Positions 8,942 to 16,726 of a stretch of DNA of 31,987 nucleotides are shown in pieces. Made by a program: the position numbers and the translations under genes. The number at the start of each line of letters is the position of its first letter. Positions within the stretch are counted from its first letter, which is position 1. This stretch comes from a virus (lineage: Duplodnaviria; Caudoviricetes). The stretch lies in IMG/VR virus record IMGVR_UViG_3300027828_000080, positions 1 through 31,987 of that record; one strand, given 5' to 3'. The notes below the pieces were generated by a model that had not been told where the DNA came from, did no database searches, and worked only from the letters and a program-made list of their open reading frames with translations.

Positions 8942-9225
8942 ACGATCGCCTGCTTGCCCGTGTGGTTCGGGCGCCTGACACCGCTGTCCATGATTCGTGG
9001 CGGATCTTCGGCCAGCAGTTCGGACGTCCGTGGCTGAACCGTAGCATAAGGCAGGTCGAGGATCGAGCACACCTCTTCGGTGGTCAGCCCGCCCCTGTGG
9101 CTCGCGCCCAGGACAGCATTGTAGACCAGCTCCCGGATGCTCGGTGCCCGGGCCGTCAGGTCCGTTGCGGCCGCGACGCTGGTGTCCACGCCGCGATGGC
9201 CTGGCTTGTCAGGGTATCCGCTCAT
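8917..9225 (-). CDS. Winged-helix DNA-binding protein
   Basis: DTSVAAA...GLTTEEVCSILDLPYATVQPRTSEL...IMDSGVRR..TGKQAIVW is a common phage wHTH pattern. Confidence 0.78.
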   Translation of the reverse strand: MSGYPDKPGHRGVDTSVAAATDLTARAPSIRELVYNAVLGASHRGGLTTEEVCSILDLPYATVQPRTSELLAEDPPRIMDSGVRRPNHTGKQAIVWVVPLTG

Positions 9226-9464
9226 GTGTAGTGCACCGTGACCTGACCTGCCGGGATGCGCGCGATCAGCGTGTCATCGCTGTAGACCGCAAACCACGGG
9301 ACGTCACAAAACTGAGCGGGCTCGCCGTAGGCCTCGATCTTCGTGACCTTCACCTGGGCCTCTGCCTGATATACGCTCTGGCCGACGCAGTAGCCGCCGG
9401 CGCCCTCACCCTCGAACCAAATGGATTTGATCTCGCGCTCGTCATTGAGAATTGTTGTGGTCAC
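9222..9464 (-). CDS. Hypothetical protein
   Basis: AAGGAGG RBS and 4-bp overlaps with both neighbours. Confidence 0.7.
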   Translation of the reverse strand: MTTTILNDEREIKSIWFEGEGAGGYCVGQSVYQAEAQVKVTKIEAYGEPAQFCDVPWFAVYSDDTLIARIPAGQVTVHYT

Positions 9465-9733
9465 GACAGACCCTCCTTATCGACCAGCCATTCTGCGATT
9501 TCGAACACGACTCGCTGGCCTTTCTTGAGCCGCTCTTCGGTGTACCCGTCGGCCAGGCGGCCGTGCCCGCGAGAGATCCAGACCGGGTCGGGCAGCGCGT
9601 CACCGCCCGCGCGGCAGGCCGGCCTGAACCCGATCGCCGCGGCGGTCGACGCAACCCAAGTGCCTTCGATCTGCTCGTACTCATCTTCACCGTACGGGTC
9701 GGTGAACGCGCTCTCGTCACGCAGTCGTGTCAT
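9461..9733 (-). CDS. Hypothetical protein
   Basis: GGAGG RBS before the ATG at 9733. C-terminal EIAEWLVDKEGL resembles small phage proteins. Confidence 0.65.
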   Translation of the reverse strand: MTRLRDESAFTDPYGEDEYEQIEGTWVASTAAAIGFRPACRAGGDALPDPVWISRGHGRLADGYTEERLKKGQRVVFEIAEWLVDKEGLS

Positions 9734-10091
9734 CAAGCGCCTCCATTTCATCCCAGAGGCCGGCCAGGGCCAACCGCCCCTTCTCGGTAATGAACTCATT
9801 TGAAAGCAACCGACCGTGGCGTCTCAATCGGGACCATTTCACGCGCCCAGGAAATGCAGGCCAGCGCTGCTCGGCCTCGCTGATTCTAATCACCTCTCGC
9901 GGTTGGCCTGGCGGCGTGCTGACCTCGAACGAAAATTCGGTCAAACCGTTGCGGCGGCACCAACACCCGGTCTGGCCCCTGTTCGTGCACAATATTGGTC
10001 CACCACCGGCGTCGACCAGCTCTTGCAGCCACTCTCGCTGTGGTTCTGACAGCCGCCGCAAGTCTTCGATCCTGCGCATCGACATGATCAT
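9717..10091 (-). CDS. Hypothetical protein (possible wHTH-like)
   Basis: Coupled to the bet stop codon. LSEPQREWLQEL...ITEKGRLAL. Confidence 0.6.
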   Translation of the reverse strand: MIMSMRRIEDLRRLSEPQREWLQELVDAGGGPILCTNRGQTGCWCRRNGLTEFSFEVSTPPGQPREVIRISEAEQRWPAFPGRVKWSRLRRHGRLLSNEFITEKGRLALAGLWDEMEALDDTTA

Positions 10092-11050
10092 CCCTCCTCG
10101 CCAACCGTGACCGGGTCGCCCTTGTCCTCGGCCTGAGCCCGCTCCATACGAGCCCGCTCCTTCTCAAGCGCGGCCTTGAGGTCAAGCGCGTCTGATTTGG
10201 CCGCGGCCCAAAACTGCTGGAGTCCAACCCGGTTCATTTGCATGAACATATCAAGCTCTTCGGGGTGGTTGACGCCCCGGATGTAGGCCAGAACCCGGTC
10301 AGCGAGCTCGCCGATGGGAACCAGCTCAAGGGGCTGGCCGTAGCCGAACATGAAGGCGATCGAATCCTTGCCGCCGATCGCGGTCATGCGCGCCTCTGCC
10401 TCGTACTTTTCTACCTGCTCAGAGGCGGTCAGCTCCTCATGGGTCCGGGCCATCTCGTCGTCGGTGTAGATCCCGGCCATGTCTTCGGGCCAGCCCATAC
10501 GGAGGGCCAGGGCCTCAGCGACCTTGCCGATCATAAGGCGCGGCATCTTGGCCCACATCTCAGAAAGCTTCTGCTCGTCTGTGGGCTGGCCGTTTTCCCA
10601 AACCTGTTTCTTCGGCGCGTACTCATCCCAGTAAGCGATGGCCCTGACCGGGCTCCATTCACCATCTGATTTTTTGTAAACCGTCACCATGGCAGACACG
10701 ATGCCCTTCGGGTTCAGCGGAGTCCGCTCGTTCTCATCATATTCGATGCGCGGCGGGTCTTCCGCTGGCCGGTAATCCCCACACCGGGCCGCGATGGCAC
10801 GGAACCCATCGATGCCCGTGATGATGGACATCTTCCGCTTGTCCTTGTTGTTTTTGCTGTAGACCACCGCGTAAATCTGCTTGCGGAACGGGTCGAGCCC
10901 GACGCGCTTGCATACCTCGATGAACAGGTCGAACTCGTCGCGATTCGTGTCGGCCGCGACCGTGCGCTTGATCAGGTCGATTTGCTGGTCGTTCCACTTG
11001 GTGGGCCGGACCGGCGTGACGACCACGGGCTGGCGTTTGTCGTTTGTCAT
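10088..11050 (-). CDS. bet: Phage recombination protein Bet (RecT/Redbeta single-strand annealing family)
   Basis: DEFDLFIEVCKRVGLDPFRKQIY, ITGIDGFRAIA and WAKMPRLMIGKVAEALALRMGWP...GIYTDDEM. Confidence 0.92.
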   Translation of the reverse strand: MTNDKRQPVVVTPVRPTKWNDQQIDLIKRTVAADTNRDEFDLFIEVCKRVGLDPFRKQIYAVVYSKNNKDKRKMSIITGIDGFRAIAARCGDYRPAEDPPRIEYDENERTPLNPKGIVSAMVTVYKKSDGEWSPVRAIAYWDEYAPKKQVWENGQPTDEQKLSEMWAKMPRLMIGKVAEALALRMGWPEDMAGIYTDDEMARTHEELTASEQVEKYEAEARMTAIGGKDSIAFMFGYGQPLELVPIGELADRVLAYIRGVNHPEELDMFMQMNRVGLQQFWAAAKSDALDLKAALEKERARMERAQAEDKGDPVTVGEEG

Positions 11051-11059
11051 TGGCCGCCC

Positions 11060-11587
11060 CTATTTCTTGCGGACGGTCAGGGACACGCCAGCCTCGCCGA
11101 GCTTTACGCCAGGGATCGACTCGCCTTCTTTGGCCGCCTCCTTCACGGCCTTGAGCAGTTCCGCCCGGTCCAGCCGCGGGTCCTGCGCCTTCCAGTACTT
11201 GGCTGGGATCACGGACTCGTCTTCGATGTCGAGGCCGGGCGGCACCTTCCTGAGACTTAACGTGGCCTCGGCGAGCGGCATCTTCTCGAGCTGACCGATC
11301 ACGAAGGCCTGCTCGATCAGGGCGCGCTTGCGGCCCGCCGCCTGCTCAAACCTTGTTTTGCGCGCGGAAAGGTCGTCGATGCGGGCCTTGATTCCGGTCA
11401 CGAGCTCGAGGTCCGTCTGCATGGAGTTGAAGCAGGTCTCGATCGCTTCGTGCAGTTCGGTCTCACCCTCGATCATGTCGCGGAGGGTTTCGGCATCGTC
11501 TTCGTCAACGATTTCACTCAGCGCGTTCAGCAGGCCCTTGGCGTCCTGAATGCCCTGGAAAAGGTCGTGTTCTTCTGATTTTGACAT
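11060..11587 (-). CDS. Siphovirus Gp157-family protein
   Basis: DAETLRDMIEGET, a coiled coil, and TLSLRKVPPGLDIEDESVIPAKYW...LDRAELLKAVK..GESIPGVKL. Adjacent to bet. Confidence 0.88.
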   Translation of the reverse strand: MSKSEEHDLFQGIQDAKGLLNALSEIVDEDDAETLRDMIEGETELHEAIETCFNSMQTDLELVTGIKARIDDLSARKTRFEQAAGRKRALIEQAFVIGQLEKMPLAEATLSLRKVPPGLDIEDESVIPAKYWKAQDPRLDRAELLKAVKEAAKEGESIPGVKLGEAGVSLTVRKK

Positions 11588-11652
11588 CGGTCTTCCTCAC
11601 CTGTTTTTTGTCGCTCCGGCGCTGGGCCAGAATGATTCGACCATGGCACAGT

Positions 11653-11669
11653 GTTTTCGTCTTGGCAAC
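11653..11669. promoter_or_regulatory. Operator-like palindrome copy B (GTTTTC-GTCTT-GGCAAC) in the divergent early promoter region
   Basis: Overlaps a leftward TTGCCA-17-CATGGT (11668..11640) and a possible rightward TTGGCA-17-TAAGGG (11662..11690). Confidence 0.55.
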
Positions 11670-11713
11670 GCCCGTGGATCGGGGTAAGGGTGGGCCGCTC
11701 AAGGAGGATCCCT

Positions 11714-12097
11714 ATGGCAATCACCAATGAAGAACGGCTCCACATAGCCTGCGCGCAGTACCTGGATGTCAGGCTGCGGGGCAAGGCTATGTGGTGGCAT
11801 ACCGCAAACGAGCGCCAAACCAACGTCAGGCGCGGCGCGAAACTCAAACGTATGGGCGTCCGGGCCGGGCTGCCTGACATTTTCATTCTCAAGCCGATCT
11901 CGGCGGCCGGGGCCGACCAGGGCGATGATCCGGTCACTATCGGCCGACTGTACGCCGTCGAGCTGAAATCGCTCGAGGGCCGCCTGAGCCCGGTTCAGCG
12001 CACGCGAATCCAAGAGCTGGGCGCGAACGGGTGCCCAACCGTCGTGGTCAGGGAGCTAAAAACCCTGATCGAGGCCCTTGATCAATGGGGGCTCTGA
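11714..12097 (+). CDS. VRR-NUC domain nuclease (Holliday-junction resolvase-like)
   Basis: AAGGAGG RBS. EERLH...HTANE...LKRMGVRAGLPD...AVELKSLEGRLSPVQ is a PD-(D/E)xK pattern. Confidence 0.88.
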   Translation: MAITNEERLHIACAQYLDVRLRGKAMWWHTANERQTNVRRGAKLKRMGVRAGLPDIFILKPISAAGADQGDDPVTIGRLYAVELKSLEGRLSPVQRTRIQELGANGCPTVVVRELKTLIEALDQWGL

Positions 12098-12654
12098 TGG
12101 TCAAGCGCGCAGGATTTTCATGGACCGATGAAATGGTGGACCGCGTGCGCGAGCTTGCCACTGACTATTCCGCGGCGGTCGTGGCCCGGATGATCAGTGA
12201 TGAGTTCCATCCGGTGACACGCAACGCCGTGCTGGGGATCGGTCACCGTAAGGGCATCGCGTTCAACGCCGAAAATACGGCGCGGCGGCGGCGCCCGCCG
12301 GTCAGGGTCGCCAAATCAGCCGGGCGCGGCAAGCCGCCACGCCCCTCAGAGGCCGACAAGCAATTCAAATTCGGCCAACGGCCGCTGAGCCGTGCTGAGC
12401 TCAAAGAGCAGAAATGTCTGGCCGAAGCGAACCGCCTGACCGACGTGCGGTCCAAGCCCGGTGACCCGGCGCCGGTCGATCCGCCGATGCTCCTGAAGGA
12501 CCACCGGGCAGGGCAGTGCCTCTGGGTCCATGGTGACCCGAAAGAGGGCTCTTACCGGCTGTGTGGCCATGCCATCGTGCCGGGCACACCGTACTGCCCG
12601 GCCCACAAGGCCAGGACAACGGTGAAGGCATACGTCCGACTGAGGGACCGCTAA
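12097..12654 (+). CDS. gcrA: GcrA-family cell-cycle transcriptional regulator
   Basis: N-terminal WTDEMVDRVREL...SAAVVA...VTRNAVLGIGHR and C-terminal CLWVHGDP...LCGH...GTPYCPAH. Confidence 0.88.
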   Translation: MVKRAGFSWTDEMVDRVRELATDYSAAVVARMISDEFHPVTRNAVLGIGHRKGIAFNAENTARRRRPPVRVAKSAGRGKPPRPSEADKQFKFGQRPLSRAELKEQKCLAEANRLTDVRSKPGDPAPVDPPMLLKDHRAGQCLWVHGDPKEGSYRLCGHAIVPGTPYCPAHKARTTVKAYVRLRDR

Positions 12655-13493
12655 TGTCGCGAAAGCTTTGGAACAAATGGGCCCCTCAGGACTGGCTCGG
12701 CGACCCCAACCTCCGACTTTGCTCACCATCGACGCGCGGGATCTGGATGGACATCATCTGTTTGATCGAGACCCTGCCAGCCCACAAGGGCCGTGAGGGG
12801 CACTTGCTGATGCCCGAGGGCCAGCCCATGCGGGCCGTCGAGATCGCGCACGTGTGCGGCACAGATCCGGTCAGCGTCGAGGCCGCATTTAATGAGCTGA
12901 CCAGGACCCAAACCTGTGACCGCGCCCAGGACGGGGCAATCATCTGCCGCCGGATCAGGAGGCGACTCACCAGGTCAAGGCGACAACCACGGGATGAGTG
13001 GGACGAATGTGGGGCGAGATCGGACCGGGACCGGACCGAAACTGGGGCGGAAAGCGACGACACTAGAAACTACAGACTAGAGATTGATGATGTTGATGTG
13101 TCGGCGCAGCGCGCTGAAATAATGACAATCTGTCAGCCGGTCCTACGGCACGACATGCCGGTCCTGACCGGACTCAACCATCACATCGTGCAATGGGCGA
13201 GACATGACTGGTCTGAGGTCGTGCTGCCCGCCGTGCGCCGCGCCGTGGCCTTCTTGGCCGATCGTGGTGACGTGCTGCACTCACCGCTTTACCTGGATCG
13301 CGTGGTCGAGCGATACGCTCGTGATGCCGAAAGGCAAGAGGAGGAATCTGATGGGAACCGAACCAATGGTGGCCGAACGCGGGGAGGCCAGCGTCCGGCC
13401 CGGACAGGGCGAAACCGTATCGACGCTGACCTTGAATCCATCTACGAGAGCACGCGCCCAACAGGCCCGGAGCTGGCTCCAGGGCAAGACTGA
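12654..13493 (+). CDS. Phage replication initiator-like protein (YdaU/DUF1376-like N-terminus)
   Basis: WAPQDWLGDPNLRLCSPSTRGIWMDIICL N-terminus and a low-complexity linker. Followed by a loader-like gene. Confidence 0.7.
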   Translation: MSRKLWNKWAPQDWLGDPNLRLCSPSTRGIWMDIICLIETLPAHKGREGHLLMPEGQPMRAVEIAHVCGTDPVSVEAAFNELTRTQTCDRAQDGAIICRRIRRRLTRSRRQPRDEWDECGARSDRDRTETGAESDDTRNYRLEIDDVDVSAQRAEIMTICQPVLRHDMPVLTGLNHHIVQWARHDWSEVVLPAVRRAVAFLADRGDVLHSPLYLDRVVERYARDAERQEEESDGNRTNGGRTRGGQRPARTGRNRIDADLESIYESTRPTGPELAPGQD

Positions 13494-13908
13494 TCGTTGG
13501 GGCATCCGACGTGATTGGCAGGGGCGGGACATCGAGGCCCCTGATCTTTCCGGGCTCAACCTGCCAGAGATCTCAGCGCTCGTGGACGAGCTTGGCTTCA
13601 GTGCCGATCAAAACGAGGTCCGGGCCGCGATCGCTTCGCTCAGGGCCAGCCTTCAGGACGAGGGCCGCTCCAAGCCGGTCGCTGACCTGCACTACCGCCA
13701 GTTCGCCCAGGACCTGCTTTCCGTCATGGTCCCCCCAGACCTTTTGGCCGACGCCTGCAGGATTTGGCGGCTGAGCGGCACGGAGTTCATGCCCAGAACG
13801 GCGGGCGCGTTGATCGCTCCGGTCCGGGCAGAGATGGGCGAGCGCGCGGCCGTGCGATGTCTTTTGGCTGATCTGGCACGTTACGCAAGGGAGCAAAACA
13901 ATGGTTGA
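13351..13908 (+). CDS. Putative helicase loader/replication accessory protein
   Basis: GAGGAGG RBS. Overlaps the 3' end of the initiator. YRQFAQDL...PPDLLADACRIWR...FMPR pattern. Confidence 0.55.
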   Translation: MGTEPMVAERGEASVRPGQGETVSTLTLNPSTRARAQQARSWLQGKTDRWGIRRDWQGRDIEAPDLSGLNLPEISALVDELGFSADQNEVRAAIASLRASLQDEGRSKPVADLHYRQFAQDLLSVMVPPDLLADACRIWRLSGTEFMPRTAGALIAPVRAEMGERAAVRCLLADLARYAREQNNG

Positions 13909-14473
13909 GCTCGAGGACCTCATGAAGCCGAACCCCGCGGTCGACAAGACACTCGAGGACGAGCAGGTCCCACCACAATACCGCGCGATATGGCTTAAGG
14001 ACCTGGAATCGCAGGTCTCTGAGCGGAGCGACGCGCTGATCCAGTCGGTCTTCGCCGACGACGTCATTCGGCGCGGGTACGAGGCAAAGCGTGTGCCGCC
14101 CGCCACCATGTTCGGGATGGTTTACCTGATCTACGCGACGGCGTGGTGGGCGTCCCAGAACGCCAAGAGGGACGATGGGTTCGCGACAAAGGTGGCGACC
14201 ACGGTGCTGCCGCCGTCAATCATGACGGCCGGCCCGATGGAGGCCCGGCTATTCGATGATATGCTGGGCGTCGTGCTCAAAGCCGTGGGCGTCGAACCCG
14301 TCCACACGTGGTGGAAGAGGTACTACCTTGGTAAGAATTGGGGGCCCGCTCTCGGCCTCGACATCGATCCGGTCGCGGCTGACATCATGGCCGAAACCTG
14401 GGTGATCAGGATCGGATTCGAGGTCTATAGGGCATTTGCCCATGAGCGGGAGGTGGCCAGCCGAGAGCGCTGA
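13901..14473 (+). CDS. Hypothetical protein
   Basis: 190-aa ORF, GGGAG RBS, coupled to the upstream gene. Confidence 0.72.
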   Translation: MVELEDLMKPNPAVDKTLEDEQVPPQYRAIWLKDLESQVSERSDALIQSVFADDVIRRGYEAKRVPPATMFGMVYLIYATAWWASQNAKRDDGFATKVATTVLPPSIMTAGPMEARLFDDMLGVVLKAVGVEPVHTWWKRYYLGKNWGPALGLDIDPVAADIMAETWVIRIGFEVYRAFAHEREVASRER

Positions 14474-14501
14474 GCGGCACCGGGTGCCGCGGCCAATGGG
14501 G

Positions 14502-14518
14502 GTTGCCAATTTGGCAAC
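14502..14518. promoter_or_regulatory. Operator-like palindrome copy C (perfect GTTGCCAA-T-TTGGCAAC) within promoter TTGCCA-17-CATGGT (14503..14531)
   Basis: Perfect 8-bp-arm inverted repeat in an intergenic gap, following a GCGGCAC/GTGCCGC hairpin at 14474-14490. Confidence 0.72.
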
Positions 14519-14538
14519 GCTAGGGCATGGTCATCGGC

Positions 14539-14748
14539 ATGATCCAGACCAACGATAAAATCAAGGCCCTGAAGGCCGCTCAGGACGAGGCCCGCGCGGC
14601 CTACGAGCCGGTGCGGCTGGCATTTATCGATGGTCGGGTCGGTGAGGACGAACACGAAGAGGCCAGGTCCAGGTGGGCCGCGGCATTTGCCGAAAGGCTG
14701 AGGGCGGTGCGCTCAGCACAAGGCGGCGGAGGAAGAGATGAGCAGTGA
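14539..14748 (+). CDS. Hypothetical helical protein (probably leaderless mRNA)
   Basis: The ATG at 14539 lies 7 nt after the predicted -10 and has no SD. Alternative start at 14527. Confidence 0.6.
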   Translation: MIQTNDKIKALKAAQDEARAAYEPVRLAFIDGRVGEDEHEEARSRWAAAFAERLRAVRSAQGGGGRDEQ

Positions 14749-15049
14749 TTCACTACCATATTTGATTTTGATCGGGGTTCTGTTCCTCCTGCTACTGGTC
14801 TGGGACGGCGAAGCCGACGCCCAGCAGTGGCGGGACGACGGGGCCCCTCTCTGTGTCCTGAACGGTTATGACCGGCCGTGCGCTGACCCACCCTACGATC
14901 GCTGGGTGCCCGGCGCCGGTCCGGGCGGCGACACCTCGAAGTTTGATGACCCAGACGATGGTGATGACGGCTCAGGGCGATACCGCGACCGGCGGCGGAC
15001 CTGGCGTGATCAGGCCCGTCGGGAGATCGAGGAGACCGGGGGGCGATGA
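14738..15049 (+). CDS. Hypothetical secreted/membrane protein
   Basis: Hydrophobic LPYLILIGVLFLLLLVW followed by an ADA-Q cleavage-like site. Acidic, Gly-rich remainder. Confidence 0.6.
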   Translation: MSSDSLPYLILIGVLFLLLLVWDGEADAQQWRDDGAPLCVLNGYDRPCADPPYDRWVPGAGPGGDTSKFDDPDDGDDGSGRYRDRRRTWRDQARREIEETGGR

Positions 15050-15576
15050 CCAGCGAACAGAGAACCGTGGACCGCGCGATGATCGCCGAACACGACAGAG
15101 CCGTATTGAACTGGCTCGGCCGCAAGTGGCGGCATGAGATCAGGGTAGAGCGACGCCGGGCGCTGATGTCCTACAACCGGGAGAGGGATCTCGTACCATT
15201 TTTTCCGCAGCGCGCGATCGGCCGTTATTTCAATGGGTTTGAGCGTGACGAGCCACCGGCTCGCACGATTCCAAGGATCAAGGCTGCGATCAAGCGCATC
15301 CGGCGAGACCCAGCCTGCCAGGTCTGGGGCGGCCTGAACCTCCGCGCGCTCTGGGCCGCGTTGGCCGCTGAGATTGTGATGGAGGGCGGCCGCGTCCGTG
15401 ACCTGCCCGAATTCGATGAAGCGCGCCCCGAGCCCGGTCCCGAGCTTCAGGCCGCTTATGCCCGCGAGCGATCCCGGGCCCGCGCCCGGGCCTACTTCGT
15501 TGGTGAGGACCGGGACGTCGACATAGACAGGCCCTGGGAGGGCACGGAATTCGTGCCCGGCGCTCTCGCAGGTTAG
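15046..15576 (+). CDS. Hypothetical protein
   Basis: 176 aa, ATGA coupling to the upstream gene. Confidence 0.65.
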   Translation: MTSEQRTVDRAMIAEHDRAVLNWLGRKWRHEIRVERRRALMSYNRERDLVPFFPQRAIGRYFNGFERDEPPARTIPRIKAAIKRIRRDPACQVWGGLNLRALWAALAAEIVMEGGRVRDLPEFDEARPEPGPELQAAYARERSRARARAYFVGEDRDVDIDRPWEGTEFVPGALAG

Positions 15577-15590
15577 AACCGTTCGAAAAA

Positions 15591-15606
15591 TGTTTCACGT
15601 GAAACA
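15591..15606. promoter_or_regulatory. parS: parS centromere-type site TGTTTCACGTGAAACA
   Basis: Exact 16/16 match to the canonical bacterial chromosomal ParB-binding palindrome, in a 44-bp intergenic gap. Confidence 0.85.
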
Positions 15607-15620
15607 ATGAGGAGGATCCG

Positions 15621-16595
15621 ATGGATCTCGTGATTATCGAAAGCCCGTATGCGGGCAACATCACCAAGAACGTTGGCTATGCGCGCCGTTGCATGGCCGA
15701 TTCGCTCTCGCGCGGCGAGGCGCCGATCGCCTCGCACCTGATTTACACCCAGCCCGGCATCCTTCGGGACCATGATCCTGACGAGCGAAAGCATGGGATA
15801 CAGGCTGGGCAGGCATGGATGGAAAAGGCCGACCGGGTCGTTGTTTACACCGACTACGGAATCACAGACGGCATGGCCATCGGCGTCGAGCGCGCCGGTC
15901 AGCTCGGGATCGAAGTCTCGTACCGGCAGATCGGGCGGCCAGAGGACGGGGACGGCGGCGACCCGCTGCGGCCCAGGGTCAGCGCGTCGATCGAGGCGCC
16001 GGAAGAAGAGTTTGTGCTGGCCGAGGGCGTTGAGGTCAGACAGTTCAGCGCGAAGAACGTCCCTGAGCTCGGGGTTGGTATTTTGGTCTGGCAGATCGAG
16101 GACGGCCGACAGGCCGAACCAACGGCCCGCGCACGGCTGCTCTGGGACGGCCGTGAGGGCCTGGCCCGGGCCGCATTCAACGCCTACGAGGTGGCCCGGA
16201 TCCCGTTTGAGGGGATGACCACAAAAGACCTTGATGAGATCAGGTCGGCGCTGGGCACAGCCATTATTGAATTCGCCCCTGAAATCTTCCTGCGGTCCGA
16301 AACCATCGGCGGTGACCTCGGGCTCGGGCTTCGAACCATCAAGCCCGGTGGGCCGGACCAGGTCGCGATCAGTGTCGACTACGATCAATCTGGCGACCCT
16401 TTGCACGACGGAGTGCCAGAGCTCGGTGACTGGCTCAGGGATCTGTTTCAGGCCGGGTGCCCAGCACACCTGCTATCAAAGGTCTGCCGGGCCATGGAGA
16501 GCGCCGAGAGCGGCGAAAGCATCACGGTCGAATGGGAGGGATTCCCTGGTGGCGTGGCCACGGTCACGCGGCGCAAGTTCGGGCCCGCGGCCTAG
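15621..16595 (+). CDS. Nucleoside 2-deoxyribosyltransferase-like (DUF4406/DUF7768-type) domain fused to an unknown C-terminal domain
   Basis: VIIESPYAG...NVGYARRC...GEAPIASHL...ER..GI.AG.AWMEKAD.VVVYTDYGITDGM..G in aa 1-105. GAGGAGG RBS. Confidence 0.72.
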   Translation: MDLVIIESPYAGNITKNVGYARRCMADSLSRGEAPIASHLIYTQPGILRDHDPDERKHGIQAGQAWMEKADRVVVYTDYGITDGMAIGVERAGQLGIEVSYRQIGRPEDGDGGDPLRPRVSASIEAPEEEFVLAEGVEVRQFSAKNVPELGVGILVWQIEDGRQAEPTARARLLWDGREGLARAAFNAYEVARIPFEGMTTKDLDEIRSALGTAIIEFAPEIFLRSETIGGDLGLGLRTIKPGGPDQVAISVDYDQSGDPLHDGVPELGDWLRDLFQAGCPAHLLSKVCRAMESAESGESITVEWEGFPGGVATVTRRKFGPAA

Positions 16596-16726
16596 CGAGC
16601 CCATATCATCCGTGCTAGGACGGTTTCGCCCTTCGGGGCGATTCCTGAGCGGGGGCGGGGCCGACGACAAAGGGAAACCTCGTTGCCGGCTCCGTCCCAG
16701 TCTTGATCTGAGCCGATGGGGGCGCC

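Noticed and set aside
11644-11659. Sigma54 promoter TGGCAC-N5-TTTC
   Set aside because: It lacks the invariant GC at -12.
14474-14490. Intrinsic terminator after the 13901-14473 gene
   Set aside because: A 7-bp GC hairpin is present but has no U-tract, so it is not called as a terminator.
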